A DNA stretch of 29,156 nucleotides. Source: a virus. The stretch spans positions 1 to 29,156 of IMG/VR virus record IMGVR_UViG_3300045988_111919, one strand, 5' to 3'. Shown piece by piece: positions 1 through 10,500 of the stretch. Within the stretch, counting starts at the first letter, position 1; every line of letters starts with the position of its first letter. Both the position numbers and the translations under genes were made by a program. The notes beneath the pieces were generated by a model that made no database searches, was not told the origin of the DNA, and worked only from the letters and a program-made list of their open reading frames with translations.

Positions 1-46
1 TACACGCGTAAGATCGTCGGCAGCGTCAGATGTGTATAAGAGACAG
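1..46. other. Illumina Nextera adapter read-through (i5 side), a library artefact and not phage DNA
   Basis: Positions 14-46 are exactly TCGTCGGCAGCGTCAGATGTGTATAAGAGACAG. They are preceded by ...TACAC plus an 8-nt index-like GCGTAAGA. Confidence 0.97.
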
Positions 47-194
47 ACATAAAACATTTGAATTAAGATTAGAAAGAGCAGAATTAAAACATAAATTAGA
101 TTCAGTAATGTGGGTTAATCCAGCAAGTGAAGAAGTATCTAATTTATATGAAGAATATTGTGATTTAACACTTAAAATTAATAATATAAAATAA
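47..194 (+). CDS. C-terminal fragment of a hypothetical protein, truncated by the contig start
   Basis: The frame is open from the first non-adapter base (...ELRLERAELKHKLDSVMWVNPASEEVSNLYEEYCDLTLKINNIK). It ends at TAA 192-194, which overlaps the next ATG (TAATG). Confidence 0.4.
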
Positions 195-631
195 TGAAAA
201 CAGATATAAGAAGTTTAGTCTTTACAAAGAATCTATTTAAAGAGAAATTTAATATAGATATAGAATGATGTAAAGACGATTACTCCAGATATGATGGAAC
301 ATTTAATTGGAATGGAATTGATTATATAATTGAAGTTAAAAGGAGAAGATTTAATTCTAATAAATATCCAACCACTATTATTAATAGGGATAAATTTGAT
401 ATGCTATCAAGAAATAATTCTATATTAGTAATAATATTTGATGATGGAGTATATATATTTAAAGATATAAAACAAGCCTTTATAAAGGATTCTATGAAAT
501 ATGGTTGTTCTACAACAGATTTTGGAGGAACTTATGGCTATTCATTAAAAACAGAGTTGTCTTTAAAGAAAGCCATTAAGATAGATGTAAATACAGAATT
601 TAGTAATTATATAGCAAATGATAGCCTATAA
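194..631 (+). CDS. Hypothetical protein, possibly a PD-(D/E)xK-type nuclease (145 aa)
   Basis: ATG at 194. The track ORF 401-631 extends upstream in frame through TGA 266-268 (..DIEWCKDDY..). A D...E-x-K-like motif is present (RYDGTFNWNGIDYIIEVKRRR). Stop is TAA. Confidence 0.55.
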
Positions 632-1112
632 AAGAATACTTAATTTTGAAAACTACCAAATTGGAACTGATGGCTCAATATGAAGTTTAAGAGCATCAGT
701 TCCAAAGAGGTTAAAACCTCAAGTAAAAACTAATGGGTACTTTACAGTAACATTATATAATAAAAATTTGAAAAAGAAGTGTTATATACATAGATTAGTA
801 GCTGAAACTTTTATATCTAATCCGAATAACTATCCTTGTATAAATCATAAGGATGAAAATAAATCAAATAATAATGTAAGTAATTTAGAATGGTGTACTT
901 ATAATTATAATAATAATTATGGAACTCATAATCTGCGAGCTGGATATAGTCATAAGAAACCAATACTGCAATTACTAAATGGAATAGTTATTAAAAGATG
1001 GGATTCAACAATAGATGCTGAGAGAGAACTAAATATACAATCTAGAAATATTGTAAAGGTTCTTAAAGGGCAGCGAAAAACAGCAGGAGGATATATGTGA
1101 ACATATGAGTAA
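618..1112 (+). CDS. Free-standing HNH homing endonuclease (NUMOD4-like N-terminus, HNH core, C-terminal DNA-binding tail; 164 aa)
   Basis: ATG at 618, with in-frame TGAs at 681 (GTDGSIWSL) and 1098 (KTAGGYMWTYE*). Contains HRLVAETFISNPNNYPCINHKDENKSNNNVSNLEWC, typical of phage HNH_3 endonucleases. Stop is TAA 1110-1112. Confidence 0.85.
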
Positions 1113-1413
1113 TAACGAAATTGTAGAAAAGTACTATCCATTTATTATGGAACTTAAGCAAAAATTTGGTGCAGATGATGACTGTGTTCAAATGATTTTT
1201 GTAGAAATACTAGAGTATTCAAATCCAAAATTAAATCAGCTTGATAGCAAAAATGAATTGAAATTTTGGATTACAAGATTATTTAAGAATTATTGATTTA
1301 GTAAAACAAGTAGATATTACTATACCTATAAGAAATATTATGAGATTGTTAAAGAACCACTTGAACAACAAAATGACGAATTGGAGGATTGATTAAATGA
1401 AACGGAAGATTAA
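1105..1413 (+). CDS. Sigma-70/ECF region-2-like protein (102 aa)
   Basis: Track ORF 1105-1296 continues through TGA 1294 and TGA 1390 to TAA 1411-1413. The pattern ADDDCVQMIFVEILEY...ELKFWITRLFKNYWFSKTSRYY resembles sigma region 2 (D-x-x-Q..F ... W..I..N....R). Confidence 0.5.
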
Positions 1414-1642
1414 TATTGACGATTTACTTACTGAGTATGAAATAGACTATAGTATGTTTACAAATATGGATGATAGACTATTAAGTATATATCCAAAATG
1501 ACTTGAGCTTAATAAGGCAGATAAGACAGTAATCATATTATATGCTGAATATCACAGTTATAGAGAAGTGGGAAGAATATTAGGAATTAGTCATACTACA
1601 ATTCAAAGATTTATTAAACAAATAAGAGAGAGATTATGTTAG
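1397..1642 (+). CDS. Sigma-70 region-4-like HTH protein (81 aa)
   Basis: ATG at 1397, overlapping the previous ORF by 17 nt in the +1 frame, with a GGAGG 9 nt upstream. TGA 1499 reads as W (YPKWLEL). DKTVIILYAEYHSYREVGRILGISHTTIQRFIKQIRERL is a classic region-4/LuxR-type HTH. Stop is TAG. Confidence 0.55.
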
Positions 1643-1965
1643 AATTATTTATAATAGCAGTAATAATAGTCTTTATAATTGATTTATCTGGGGCTTTGGA
1701 TAGTTTTAAACACAGTATTTGAAAAAGACTATTTAAAGGTATACCTTATAAAGAAGATTGAAGACTAAAACCTTTAGATTGCAGTTTATGTATGACTTGG
1801 TGAATTGGATTAATATATATTCTTATTACAAGTCAATTTTCAATTTTAATGGTTGGGTATATTGCACTATTAGCATTTATGACTCCAATTATTAAAGATA
1901 TTATGATATTATTAAAAGATGCATCTACTAAGCTGATAGATGTTATATACAAACTTATTAATTAA
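1636..1965 (+). CDS. Small multi-pass membrane protein (109 aa)
   Basis: ATG at 1636. Three in-frame TGAs, including a TGG-TGA pair encoding WW (CMTWWIGL). Hydrophobic segments at the N-terminus and in the middle. No standard-code ORF covers this region, but it is continuous under TGA=Trp. Confidence 0.6.
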
Positions 1966-2054
1966 AAATTATATTTTATGGAAACAGAAGTTATTTATCA
2001 CTACAAGAATGGAAAGTTAATTTCTATATTTACTTATACTAAAAAGCGCTAATT

Positions 2055-2390
2055 ATGAAACAATTAACAGAAGAGCAGTTTAAATATTTAAGAGGATTTG
2101 AAGATAGATTTGTAACGGCAACTAAGTCTAATTATTGCAGAAATGTACAAAAGCAGGATGTAATTAAGCTTAAAGAGATTTATGAATATTTAATTGAACA
2201 AGAATATAGAATGAGCGTAGCTTGTGCTACTTGTATACTTAATCTTATAAAGAGGATTGCCCCAATCTATTTTGAATATCAAGAAAAACTAAAGGAAAAT
2301 GAAAGTAAAGAATCAGGAACTGCCGAAGAAAATAGGGAGACCGAAAAAGGAAGAAGTAAAAGAGGATCAAATAGACGAACAAAAAACTAA
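2055..2390 (+). CDS. Hypothetical protein (111 aa)
   Basis: Track ORF with no in-frame TGA. Its low-complexity basic/acidic tail overlaps the next gene by 92 nt. Confidence 0.5.
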   Translation: MKQLTEEQFKYLRGFEDRFVTATKSNYCRNVQKQDVIKLKEIYEYLIEQEYRMSVACATCILNLIKRIAPIYFEYQEKLKENESKESGTAEENRETEKGRSKRGSNRRTKN

Positions 2391-2751
2391 ATATCTTTAT
2401 GCAGCAAGATTATTTAATAAAGGGTGGTCCAGAAATAAAGTAAGTGAGGAACTTCAAACTAAATATGGAGTTGGGCAAACTACTGCTGCTAAATATATTA
2501 GAGAAGCTTATAAGATTATTGCAGATAAAAACGATAATCTTATAAAGAATTTAAGACATATACAATTAACAAGATTGGAAACATTGTTGGATATTGCTAT
2601 TAGTAAAAATGATGTAAGATCTGCTACTGAGGTTATTAAAACAATAAATTCTATGTTTGGATTAAATCAACCAGAAATTCAAGTTAATATTCAAAATAAT
2701 GAATGCCAATTTAAATTTGGAGATCCTATTATAAATGACAAGGATATATAA
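2299..2751 (+). CDS. Putative terminase small subunit / DNA-binding HTH protein (150 aa)
   Basis: Lies immediately upstream of, and overlapping, TerL. Has an AT-hook-like GRPKK followed by an HTH-like segment (GWSRNKVSEELQTKYGVGQTTAAKYIREAY) and a helical C-terminus. Confidence 0.5.
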   Translation: MKVKNQELPKKIGRPKKEEVKEDQIDEQKTKYLYAARLFNKGWSRNKVSEELQTKYGVGQTTAAKYIREAYKIIADKNDNLIKNLRHIQLTRLETLLDIAISKNDVRSATEVIKTINSMFGLNQPEIQVNIQNNECQFKFGDPIINDKDI

Positions 2752-3982
2752 AGGATATAGGCCATTTATGTACCAATATAAGGTTCATATAGCTATGGCA
2801 GATGCTTATAGATCTGGAAGGATATTTACAATTAAAGCTAAACGACAAGTAGGTAAATCTTTCTTAGCTGAAAATGAATTATTACGATTTGCAATTAACT
2901 ATCCAAAAACAGTCAATTGTATAGTAGAACCTACTCTTGGGCAATCAAGAAAAGTGTTTAAAGAAATAGTTAATGCTATAGCTGAAGCAGATATTCTTAA
3001 ACGTAAGAATGAAACTTTGCTTGAATTAGAGTTTAATAATGGCAGTTCTATATTATTTAGATCTGGAGAACAAATGGATTCGTTACGAGGATTCTCTGTA
3101 AGTGGATTACTTGTATTAGATGAGGCTGCTTACTTAAAAGATGAAGTATTTGAAATTATTAAACCTACTACTGATGTGTGGTCTGCTCCAATATTAATTA
3201 TTAGTACTCCAAGGTTTCGAGAGGGTTTCTTTTATGACTGCTTTACTAAAGGGTTAGATCCAAAATACGACAAGTTCTATAAATCATTTGATTGAGCTTT
3301 AGAAGATACATCTATGCTTTTAGATAAAGAGAAGTTAGAGATGTATCGACTTACAACCTCAAAAAATAAATTTAGAACCGAATATTTAGGGGAATTTGCA
3401 GATGATGATGGATGTTTATTTAATAATATAGCTAATTGCATAATTGAGAAAAAACCAGATTATCAGAGTCTTTATATAGGAATAGACTGGGCTACTGGGA
3501 GTGGTAAAGACTATACTTGTGTTACTGCTTTAAATGAATCTGGGCAAATGGTCTTTATAAAGTATTTTAACGATAAAACTCCAACAGAGCAAGTTGATTT
3601 ATTAACAAATATACTAACTGAGTATCAAGGATTTATAAAGATTGTACAAGTTGAACAAAACTCAATTGGTAGTGTATTCTATGATATGTTAGTTCAGAAG
3701 AATCCGAAAATCAGGATTATACGATTCTTAACTACTAATAAGAGTAAGGCAGATATAGTTAATAAGCTTCAAGCTGCTTTGGAGAATGAAAAGATAGGAT
3801 TATTAAAAGATGATAAACTTTTAAATGAGTTAAGACTATATGAAGCTTCATATAATCCAAAAACTGGAAATGTTAGTTATAATGCTCCATCTGGATTTAA
3901 TGATGATACAGTAATTTCATTAATGCTAGCCTATGACTCATTAAATACAACTAAAGGACATTATAATATTAAAATTAAATAG
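2735..3982 (+). CDS. terL: Terminase large subunit (415 aa)
   Basis: Track ORFs 2735-3295 and 3314-3982 share a frame and join through TGA 3293-3295 (KSFDWALEDT). Walker A is KAKRQVGKSF and Walker B is GLLVLDEAAY. The C-terminal nuclease half has IDWATGSGKDYT and NDDTV acidic motifs. Stop is TAG. Confidence 0.9.
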
Positions 3983-3983
3983 T

Positions 3984-4786
3984 ATGAATATAGCAACTAA
4001 ATGGGAAGACGTAAGTCTTAAACAATATGAAGCTCTAATGGAGTTTATAAACAGTAATGCAAAGATGACTGATTTAGATAGAAGTATTGAGATATGTGCA
4101 TTACTTTCAGATGATCCAGATAAAACAAGAGATACTCTTTTGAGTATGGGGTTAGATGAACTAGCTGTAGAACTTAATAAAGTTCAATTTATAATCAATA
4201 AATACAAAGCTAAGGCTCCAGAAACTGAATATACTATTGCTGGAGATAAATATACTGTACAATTAAATATTAGGCAGATGACTGCTGCTCAATATATAGA
4301 TTTTCAGAACTTTTATAAAGACTACCAAAAGAATTTTAAATATATCTTTTTATGCTTCTTAATTCCAAAAGGTAAGAAATATAATGAAGGCTATGATTTA
4401 ATTGAACTGGCAGATAAGTTATATGATAAAATTCCAATTACTGTCATAAATGACATTATGGTTTTTTTTTGCAATCTATTAGCCGCATTAACGGTCAGTA
4501 CCCTAATCTCTTCAATAAGGGAGATGAAGAAGATGCTGAAGAAGGAGAAAGATCCAGTGAAGAAGTATCGATTAAGGAAGATGATCGTTCAGTCTCGGAA
4601 AACAGTGAGTTTGGTGCAAAATGGAACTGGGTTTGTTGAATAGACAGAGTTAGTGAAGTTACAAGATTAAATTGGCATCAAGTCTATGATATGTATATTC
4701 AAGAGTTTCTTAATATTATATGTTATCTAATAGATAAAGGAAATGAAGAAAAAAGACAAATAGAAGAGTGAAAGAGGAGACACTAA
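3984..4786 (+). CDS. Hypothetical protein needing a -1 shift at a T9 run. Short form is 3984-4643 (219 aa) and long form is 3984-4469 joined to 4469-4786 (about 267 aa). The architecture is G/GT-like (tail assembly chaperone-like).
   Basis: The -1 frame downstream of the T run is open to TAA 4784-4786. It encodes an acidic linker plus a Trp-rich domain (..FGAKWNWVCWIDRVSEVTRLNWHQVYDMYIQEFLN..EEWKRRH) containing 2 TGA codons (4637, 4769). A terminator follows. Confidence 0.5.
4463..4469 (+). promoter_or_regulatory. Candidate -1 ribosomal frameshift heptamer T TTT TTT, or alternatively a homopolymer length error
   Basis: The 9-T run spans 4462-4470. The heptamer is in X XXY YYZ phase with the zero frame (GTT TTT TTT TGC). 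A -1 slip would read TTG CAA..., continuing the long open frame. Confidence 0.4.
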
Positions 4787-4792
4787 CTGTAA

Positions 4793-4818
4793 CCTTTTTA
4801 CTCATATTTGGTACTAAG
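4793..4818 (-). repeat. Inverted copy of the conserved intergenic element (CTTAG..AAAT.TGAGTAAAAA)
   Basis: The reverse complement is CTTAGTACCAAATATGAGTAAAAAGG. By hand alignment 20 of 26 positions match the copy at 13446-13471. Confidence 0.55.
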
Positions 4819-4835
4819 ATAATATAAAAAAGTTA

Positions 4836-4866
4836 CAAGGGAGTAAAAATCTCCCTTGCTTTTTTG
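4836..4866 (+). terminator. Rho-independent terminator
   Basis: Perfect 8-bp stem CAAGGGAG/CTCCCTTG with a 7-nt loop, followed by CTTTTTTGT. Confidence 0.8.
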
Positions 4867-4890
4867 TATAGCTACTAATATTCAGAACAA

Positions 4891-4901
4891 TATATTTTAT
4901 A
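4891..4901 (+). promoter_or_regulatory. TATATTTTATA box (promoter-like, resembling a Bacteroidota -7 TAnnTTTG element)
   Basis: Sits between the terminator and ATG 4906. The same 11-mer recurs at 16319-16329, with near copies at 22148-22156 and 13541-13551. Confidence 0.3.
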
Positions 4902-4905
4902 AAAA

Positions 4906-5385
4906 ATGACAAGTCAAGATTTAAAATTCCCTAATCTTGAAGAAGTACTAAGACAATATGGAAGCCAATTGATTTCAATATATAGACAGAAGTTATTACA
5001 GAATAATGCTGATGATACAGGTACATTAGGTAATACTTTAAACTACATTGTTGAGGATCAAGATGGAATTTATGAAGTCAGCTTACAAATTCAAGATTAC
5101 TGAAAGTATTTGGAAGAAGGTAGATCTCCAGGTAAATTTCCACCTATTAGGGAAATAAAGAATTGGATAAGAACTAAACCTGTATTACCAAGACCTTATG
5201 GAGGTAAACTTCCATCTACAGATCAACTTGCATACTTAGTTGCAAGAAAGATTCATTTACAAGGAACACAAGGAAAGCGTATATTAGAAGAATCTTTAGA
5301 TGAGCTTTCGGCTGTTGCATTGTTAGATGATGCAATTACAAAAGATTTAGAAACGCAAGTTAATAATGTATTTAAAGACTTTTAA
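4906..5385 (+). CDS. Virion morphogenesis protein, possibly an HK97 gp10-like neck protein (159 aa)
   Basis: Track ORFs 4906-5103 and 5110-5385 share a frame and join through TGA 5101 (IQDYWKYLEEGRSPG). The pattern TGTLGNTL...YEVSLQIQDYWKYLEEG resembles the gp10-family motif. Confidence 0.45.
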
Positions 5386-5387
5386 AA

Positions 5388-7592
5388 ATGACATTTATAC
5401 CAAGTAAATTAGGAATACCAAGAAGTACAGGAACATATCCTGTTAAATGGGAAAATCCAGGATGAGGTCTTACAGGAGTATATGATTATTGGCTATGAGG
5501 AGATGACTATTCAGAAGAGGGTCCATTAGATGTTACTATTTCTAATGCAAGTACAAGTGGTTGTACTATTAACTTTACAAATCCCTCAACTATTACAACA
5601 GACTCTTCTACAATATTTAGATTATACCCAAAAGGACTGACTACTGCTCTATTAGAAGATACTATGCCAGTTTATCTTCATAGTCAAGCTCCTGGATATT
5701 ATCCTGCAAATAGCAGTATAACAGTACCCAATACTGGAGGTACTTATACTGTTGAATATATATTAGGTAGAGCAGATATTATTAAATGAACTTGTGATGT
5801 AGTAAATGCTACTGCTTTAGTAAGTGTTGAGGTATTAGAATGGGATTCCTGCTCTATTAAGTTTAAGATTACAGTAAATGCTAATACTCAATGGAATACT
5901 AATCTTACTGGAACTATTCAATTAGGAGCTTATTATGAAACTAATAAGTTTATTTCTTATAGTTATGGCTTTACTATTGAAAAGAGTGGAGTTCCAGAAG
6001 ATTTGAAGTTAATAGTTAATCCATCATCTGGAACTTATGGAGCTGGCCCAGGTGTTACTGATAGATTTATGTGCACTCTAACAAGTACTGAGGAAGAGAT
6101 AACAGAATTATCTGTAACTTGTCCAGGATCTTCAAATATTATGGTTGATAAAGTTAATAAATACTTTGTTATTACTTTTCCTGATAATGCTACAACTAGT
6201 ATTAAAAACTATGCTGCATTAGTTACTGCAATAACCTCTGGTGGATATACATTAAATGCTACAGTTCCAATTACTAAGTTAGCTACTTCTTTATCTTTAA
6301 AGTCCAGTGTTAGTATTGGATATACAGCAGGAAGATATAAGATAGACGGTACAGGTTCTGATAATTTAGATGATGTAGTATTTGCAATTCCAGCAGATGC
6401 TCAGACTTGGTTAAGTAAAATGGAGTTAGTAATAGAAAGAGGAACTCCAGGAGGTATGAATATTGTAAGTATTAATTTTGATGCTACAGAAAATACAGGT
6501 AATGCTTCAAGAAAAGCAACAGTTGGAGTTACAGTAGTAAAAAATGGTTCTAGTGTTATAAATACTTCATTTAATATTGTACAAGAGGTTAAAGCAGATA
6601 TATCTCCAATATGGAAAGATTATATATGAGAAGAGGAAACTTTAAATGATTTTATAGAATATCATCTTGATTATGCAGGAGATACTATTTATGCTGGTAA
6701 AGCTTATAAATATCCTGATACTACAGGAGTACAATTTTTACTTAATGATGTATCTGAAGACTTTTTAGATAACGGCATTATATTTCCATCTTTTGGAAAG
6801 ACAGAAATTATACCTAACTATTTAAAAACCTTTACATTAATAACTTCAAGCGGTAGTGAAAAGCCTGTAACATTCTTTAATGATTGGTCTTATAAAGATA
6901 CAGATTTAACTAAGCCTTATTTCTTAAGTGATCCTATTGACACTTTAGTTGATTCAAGACAGTATGTATTATGTAGTTGGATATTCCCAACTGGTGAAGG
7001 TGTGCTTAATAGACGTTATACTACACCTGAAGGAGTAGCAACTACTGTAGATATTACATTAAGACAAGGAATTAATGGTTATACTTATGCAGAACCTTTA
7101 GGTAATTTACTTTTGGAATGCAAGAGTAAATATGAAATAGGATTTGTTGAATCTGGCTCTTTTACTACAACTATTAATTATCAGATTGATACTACTAATA
7201 AGAATTATGTATTATATTATACTAATGCTTATGGAGGATGGGATAGTTTATTAGTACAAGGTAATGTTAAACAAACGGATCAAATTGAATCTCAGACTTA
7301 TGTAAGAAAGGTATTAAATACCACTTCTCAGTTTAGTAAAAATAAGTATTTAAACACTATAGTTCCAGAATGGACTTTATATACTAATTATCTTACAGAT
7401 ACTCAAGCATCAAAGATGCACCATCTATTAGAATCTACTATGGTATATTTACATAACCTGGAAGATAATAAGATTATTCCTGTAATAATTACTAATAATA
7501 GTTGTGAGTATAAGACGTATAGTAATCAGGGTAAAAATATGTTTTATTATACTATAGAAGTGCAAAGTTCTCAAGATAAATATAGAAAATAA
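5388..7592 (+). CDS. Large virion/tail protein (734 aa) with Ig/BACON-like repeats in the N-terminal half and a distal-tail-like C-terminal domain
   Basis: ATG at 5388. One continuous frame with no TAA or TAG, running through TGAs 5463, 5496, 5787 and 6627. It links the otherwise ORF-less 5388-6002 region with track ORFs 6003-6629 and 7002-7592. BACON-like strings are present (..TENTGNASRKATVGVTV.., ..ITVNANTQWNTNLTGTIQL..). Confidence 0.65.
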
Positions 7593-7593
7593 A

Positions 7594-10500
7594 ATGAGAA
7601 AGAATATTAAATTATTTATTGCAAATAAAGAGGTTGACTGTAGTGAGGGAATTAGTCTTCCTATAACTTATACAGTTGAGGATTTCCAAAACCCCACTAT
7701 AGTCAAGAACTCGTTTAGTAAGACGATTTCTATACCTGGTACCAAAAATAATAATAAGATATTTGGAGAAATCTATAAATTAGATAGATTACAACATATT
7801 GAAGACGGTCAGTTTAGCGGTATTAATTTCAATCCTTCAAAACGAGTTGATTTTGGAATCTATGATAATGGAGATTTAATAGAATCTGGTTATATGCAAT
7901 TAAATACCATACAAATTAAACAGAAGGTCATTACATATAACATTACTTTATATGGAGGCTTAGGAGATTTCTTCTATGGGCTTAAATATAAAGAAGATGG
8001 ATCATTAAGAACTCTTGCTGATTTACAATACTTTATTACAGATGAGGAAGGTAATGTTTTACCTGCTGATACTGAAATGGATTTTTATATTAATAAAGAT
8101 TTTGTAAATAAATCATTTAATAATTATTGGAATAGCGACTTTACTACATTAGATAGCTTTGTTGGATTTATTCCTGCATATAATGGTTTATATGAGAATT
8201 TTGACAATGAAACTTGTTTAATAAATACAGCAGGAGACACTCTATTTCCCAAATCTGCAAGTGATGGAGGAACAACATATACTCCATATAATGGTTATGC
8301 TTTAGCACAATTAAATAGAGCTTATACAGAATGGGAAATAAGAGACTTACGCAGTTATATGCAAAGACCAGTGTTAAAACTTTCTAAGCTTATAGAAACT
8401 ATTTGTAGAAAAGAGAATTCTGGATATGATGTAATATTTGATGATTACTTCTTTAATTATGCAAATCCTTATTGGAGTAAATCATTTGTAGCTCTTCCCT
8501 TGCTTGGAAGTAGTGAAGATGAAGAATCAGATTCTATTAAAGAGAACGCAAAGCTTATTAAATATGGAGCAGATAACTGGTGGGTAGGATTAAAACCTGG
8601 AGGAACAACAACTTCATATAATTGAGGATATACTTCTGTTGATGGCAGCGAGGTAATAGTTCCTGGAGAAGGAAATATTATTGATTTATCTGCAACACCT
8701 GCTAATACTTTAGTAAATATCTCAATGGATTTTCAGGTGTTCTTCAATGCTAATGCTAGTTCCTCTGCAAATAATCTTTATTTATCCTATGTACGCAATG
8801 GAAAAATGGGAAATACTGAGTATCATAATGATCCGTATAGAACATCTTTAACTGTTCAGATACTTGTATATAATGCCGATGATGAATCTGTTCCATCTAA
8901 ACCTATAGCATATTCTCCATTGTATAATTTTACAAATAAGATTAATACTCAAGTTCAAGCTGGACCATCTACTTGGTTTAATTATTATCCTCTTACTGAT
9001 GCTCCTGTTGAGGCTATTTATGGTCATTTTGTTAAAGATAGTGGACAGAGGTATTATTTTAAAAGCGATACTGGAAGTAATACCTTTAGATTTGTAGTTA
9101 AAGATATGCCAAAAGTAAATAAGATAAAGGTGTCAATTCAATTTGCCAGAAGAACAGAAAGCTTATATAATCAAGATGCTTTATGGACTTCAGATAATAT
9201 GAATCCAAATAATGTTACTGCATCAAGAGTAGCAGGATGGTCTGAATTTTTATATGATTCAGATCAATATACATTAATTGCAAGTTGGCCATCGGCTGTA
9301 ACATCTGATGCTCTTATTACTAAGCAGAAGCTTTTAAAGACAGAATCTACACCTGCGGATTATTTACTTAGCTATGCTAAAATGTTTGGATTATATTTTA
9401 TTAAAGATATAGATTCCAAAACTATTAGAATATTTACTAGAAACAACTTCTTTAAAAATAAGATAACAGATTGGTCTAAACGAATTGATTATTCAAAAGA
9501 TTTTTCAGTTAATCCATTATTATTTGATAAGAAGTGATATACTATGAAGCAGGAAGCTCCTGAGACATATTATGCAAAGAAATATAATAAACAGTATGAT
9601 ATAACTTATGGACAACAGAGATTAGATACAGGATATCACTTTAATAGTGATAATACAGATTTATACTCAGATAACTTATATGAAAATGTAATATCTGCAA
9701 GAGATGTAGATAAGTATTATAGAAACTATTTTAATAGTTCAAGTTCACCTGTTCCTTGCTTCTTAAATGATAATATTACTTATCAATTATTCCATTCTAC
9801 ATCTACTGAAAGAAAAACAAACGATCAGGATCTTTATGGAGTAAATTTCATTGATTCATCTAAGACTACAGAGTGGTGGGATGTTCCTGGTAATGATATA
9901 TTTGCAAAGACTTGTTTCTATTCATTAGATAATGATGAGCAAAGTTTAGAAGAAATTAAATCGACATTACTGTTCTATAATGGCAATGTAGAGATGAAAG
10001 ATATTGATGGAAATCCTATTACATATTGGATTACCGACGATGTTACAGAAATGTCTGTATTAAATGATTCTGAACCTTGCTATTTATATACTACTAGAGA
10101 AACTAATGAAGCTGGTGCTAAGATTGCAATTAAAAGAACCTCTTTACCACAATTCATAAGATATAATATATCAAGTAATTATGTAATATCTAGTTGGGAT
10201 TTTGGATTACCAAGAGAAATTTATATAGATAAAATTGCATATCCAGAACAAAGTGTTATTTATTCTCAATTCTGGAAAGAGTTCTATACTGATCAATTTG
10301 ATGTTAATACTAAGAAAGTTACTTGTTTTGTAAAATTAAATGATTTACAAGTAAATTTTGATATGTTAAGACAGTTTTACTATTTTGAAGATAGTTATTG
10401 GGTATTAAATAAAATAGATGCTTATGATGTTAATTCTGATTCAACTACCAGATGTGAATTTATAAGAGTTCAAGACATCAATAATTATATAGGAGGAGTA

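Noticed and set aside
950-1141. Antisense track ORFs inside well-supported genes (950-1141, 10796-10978, 11408-11668, 14250-14543, 15195-15416, 18555-18743, 19726-20022, all minus strand)
   Set aside because: These are shadow ORFs opposite strongly supported plus-strand genes. Their translations are low-complexity with no recognisable motifs, and there is no room for independent expression signals.
1978-2052. 24-codon ORF METEVIYHYKNGKLISIFTYTKKR between the membrane protein and gene 2055
   Set aside because: It fits the gap exactly, but it is too short and featureless to support as a gene from sequence alone.
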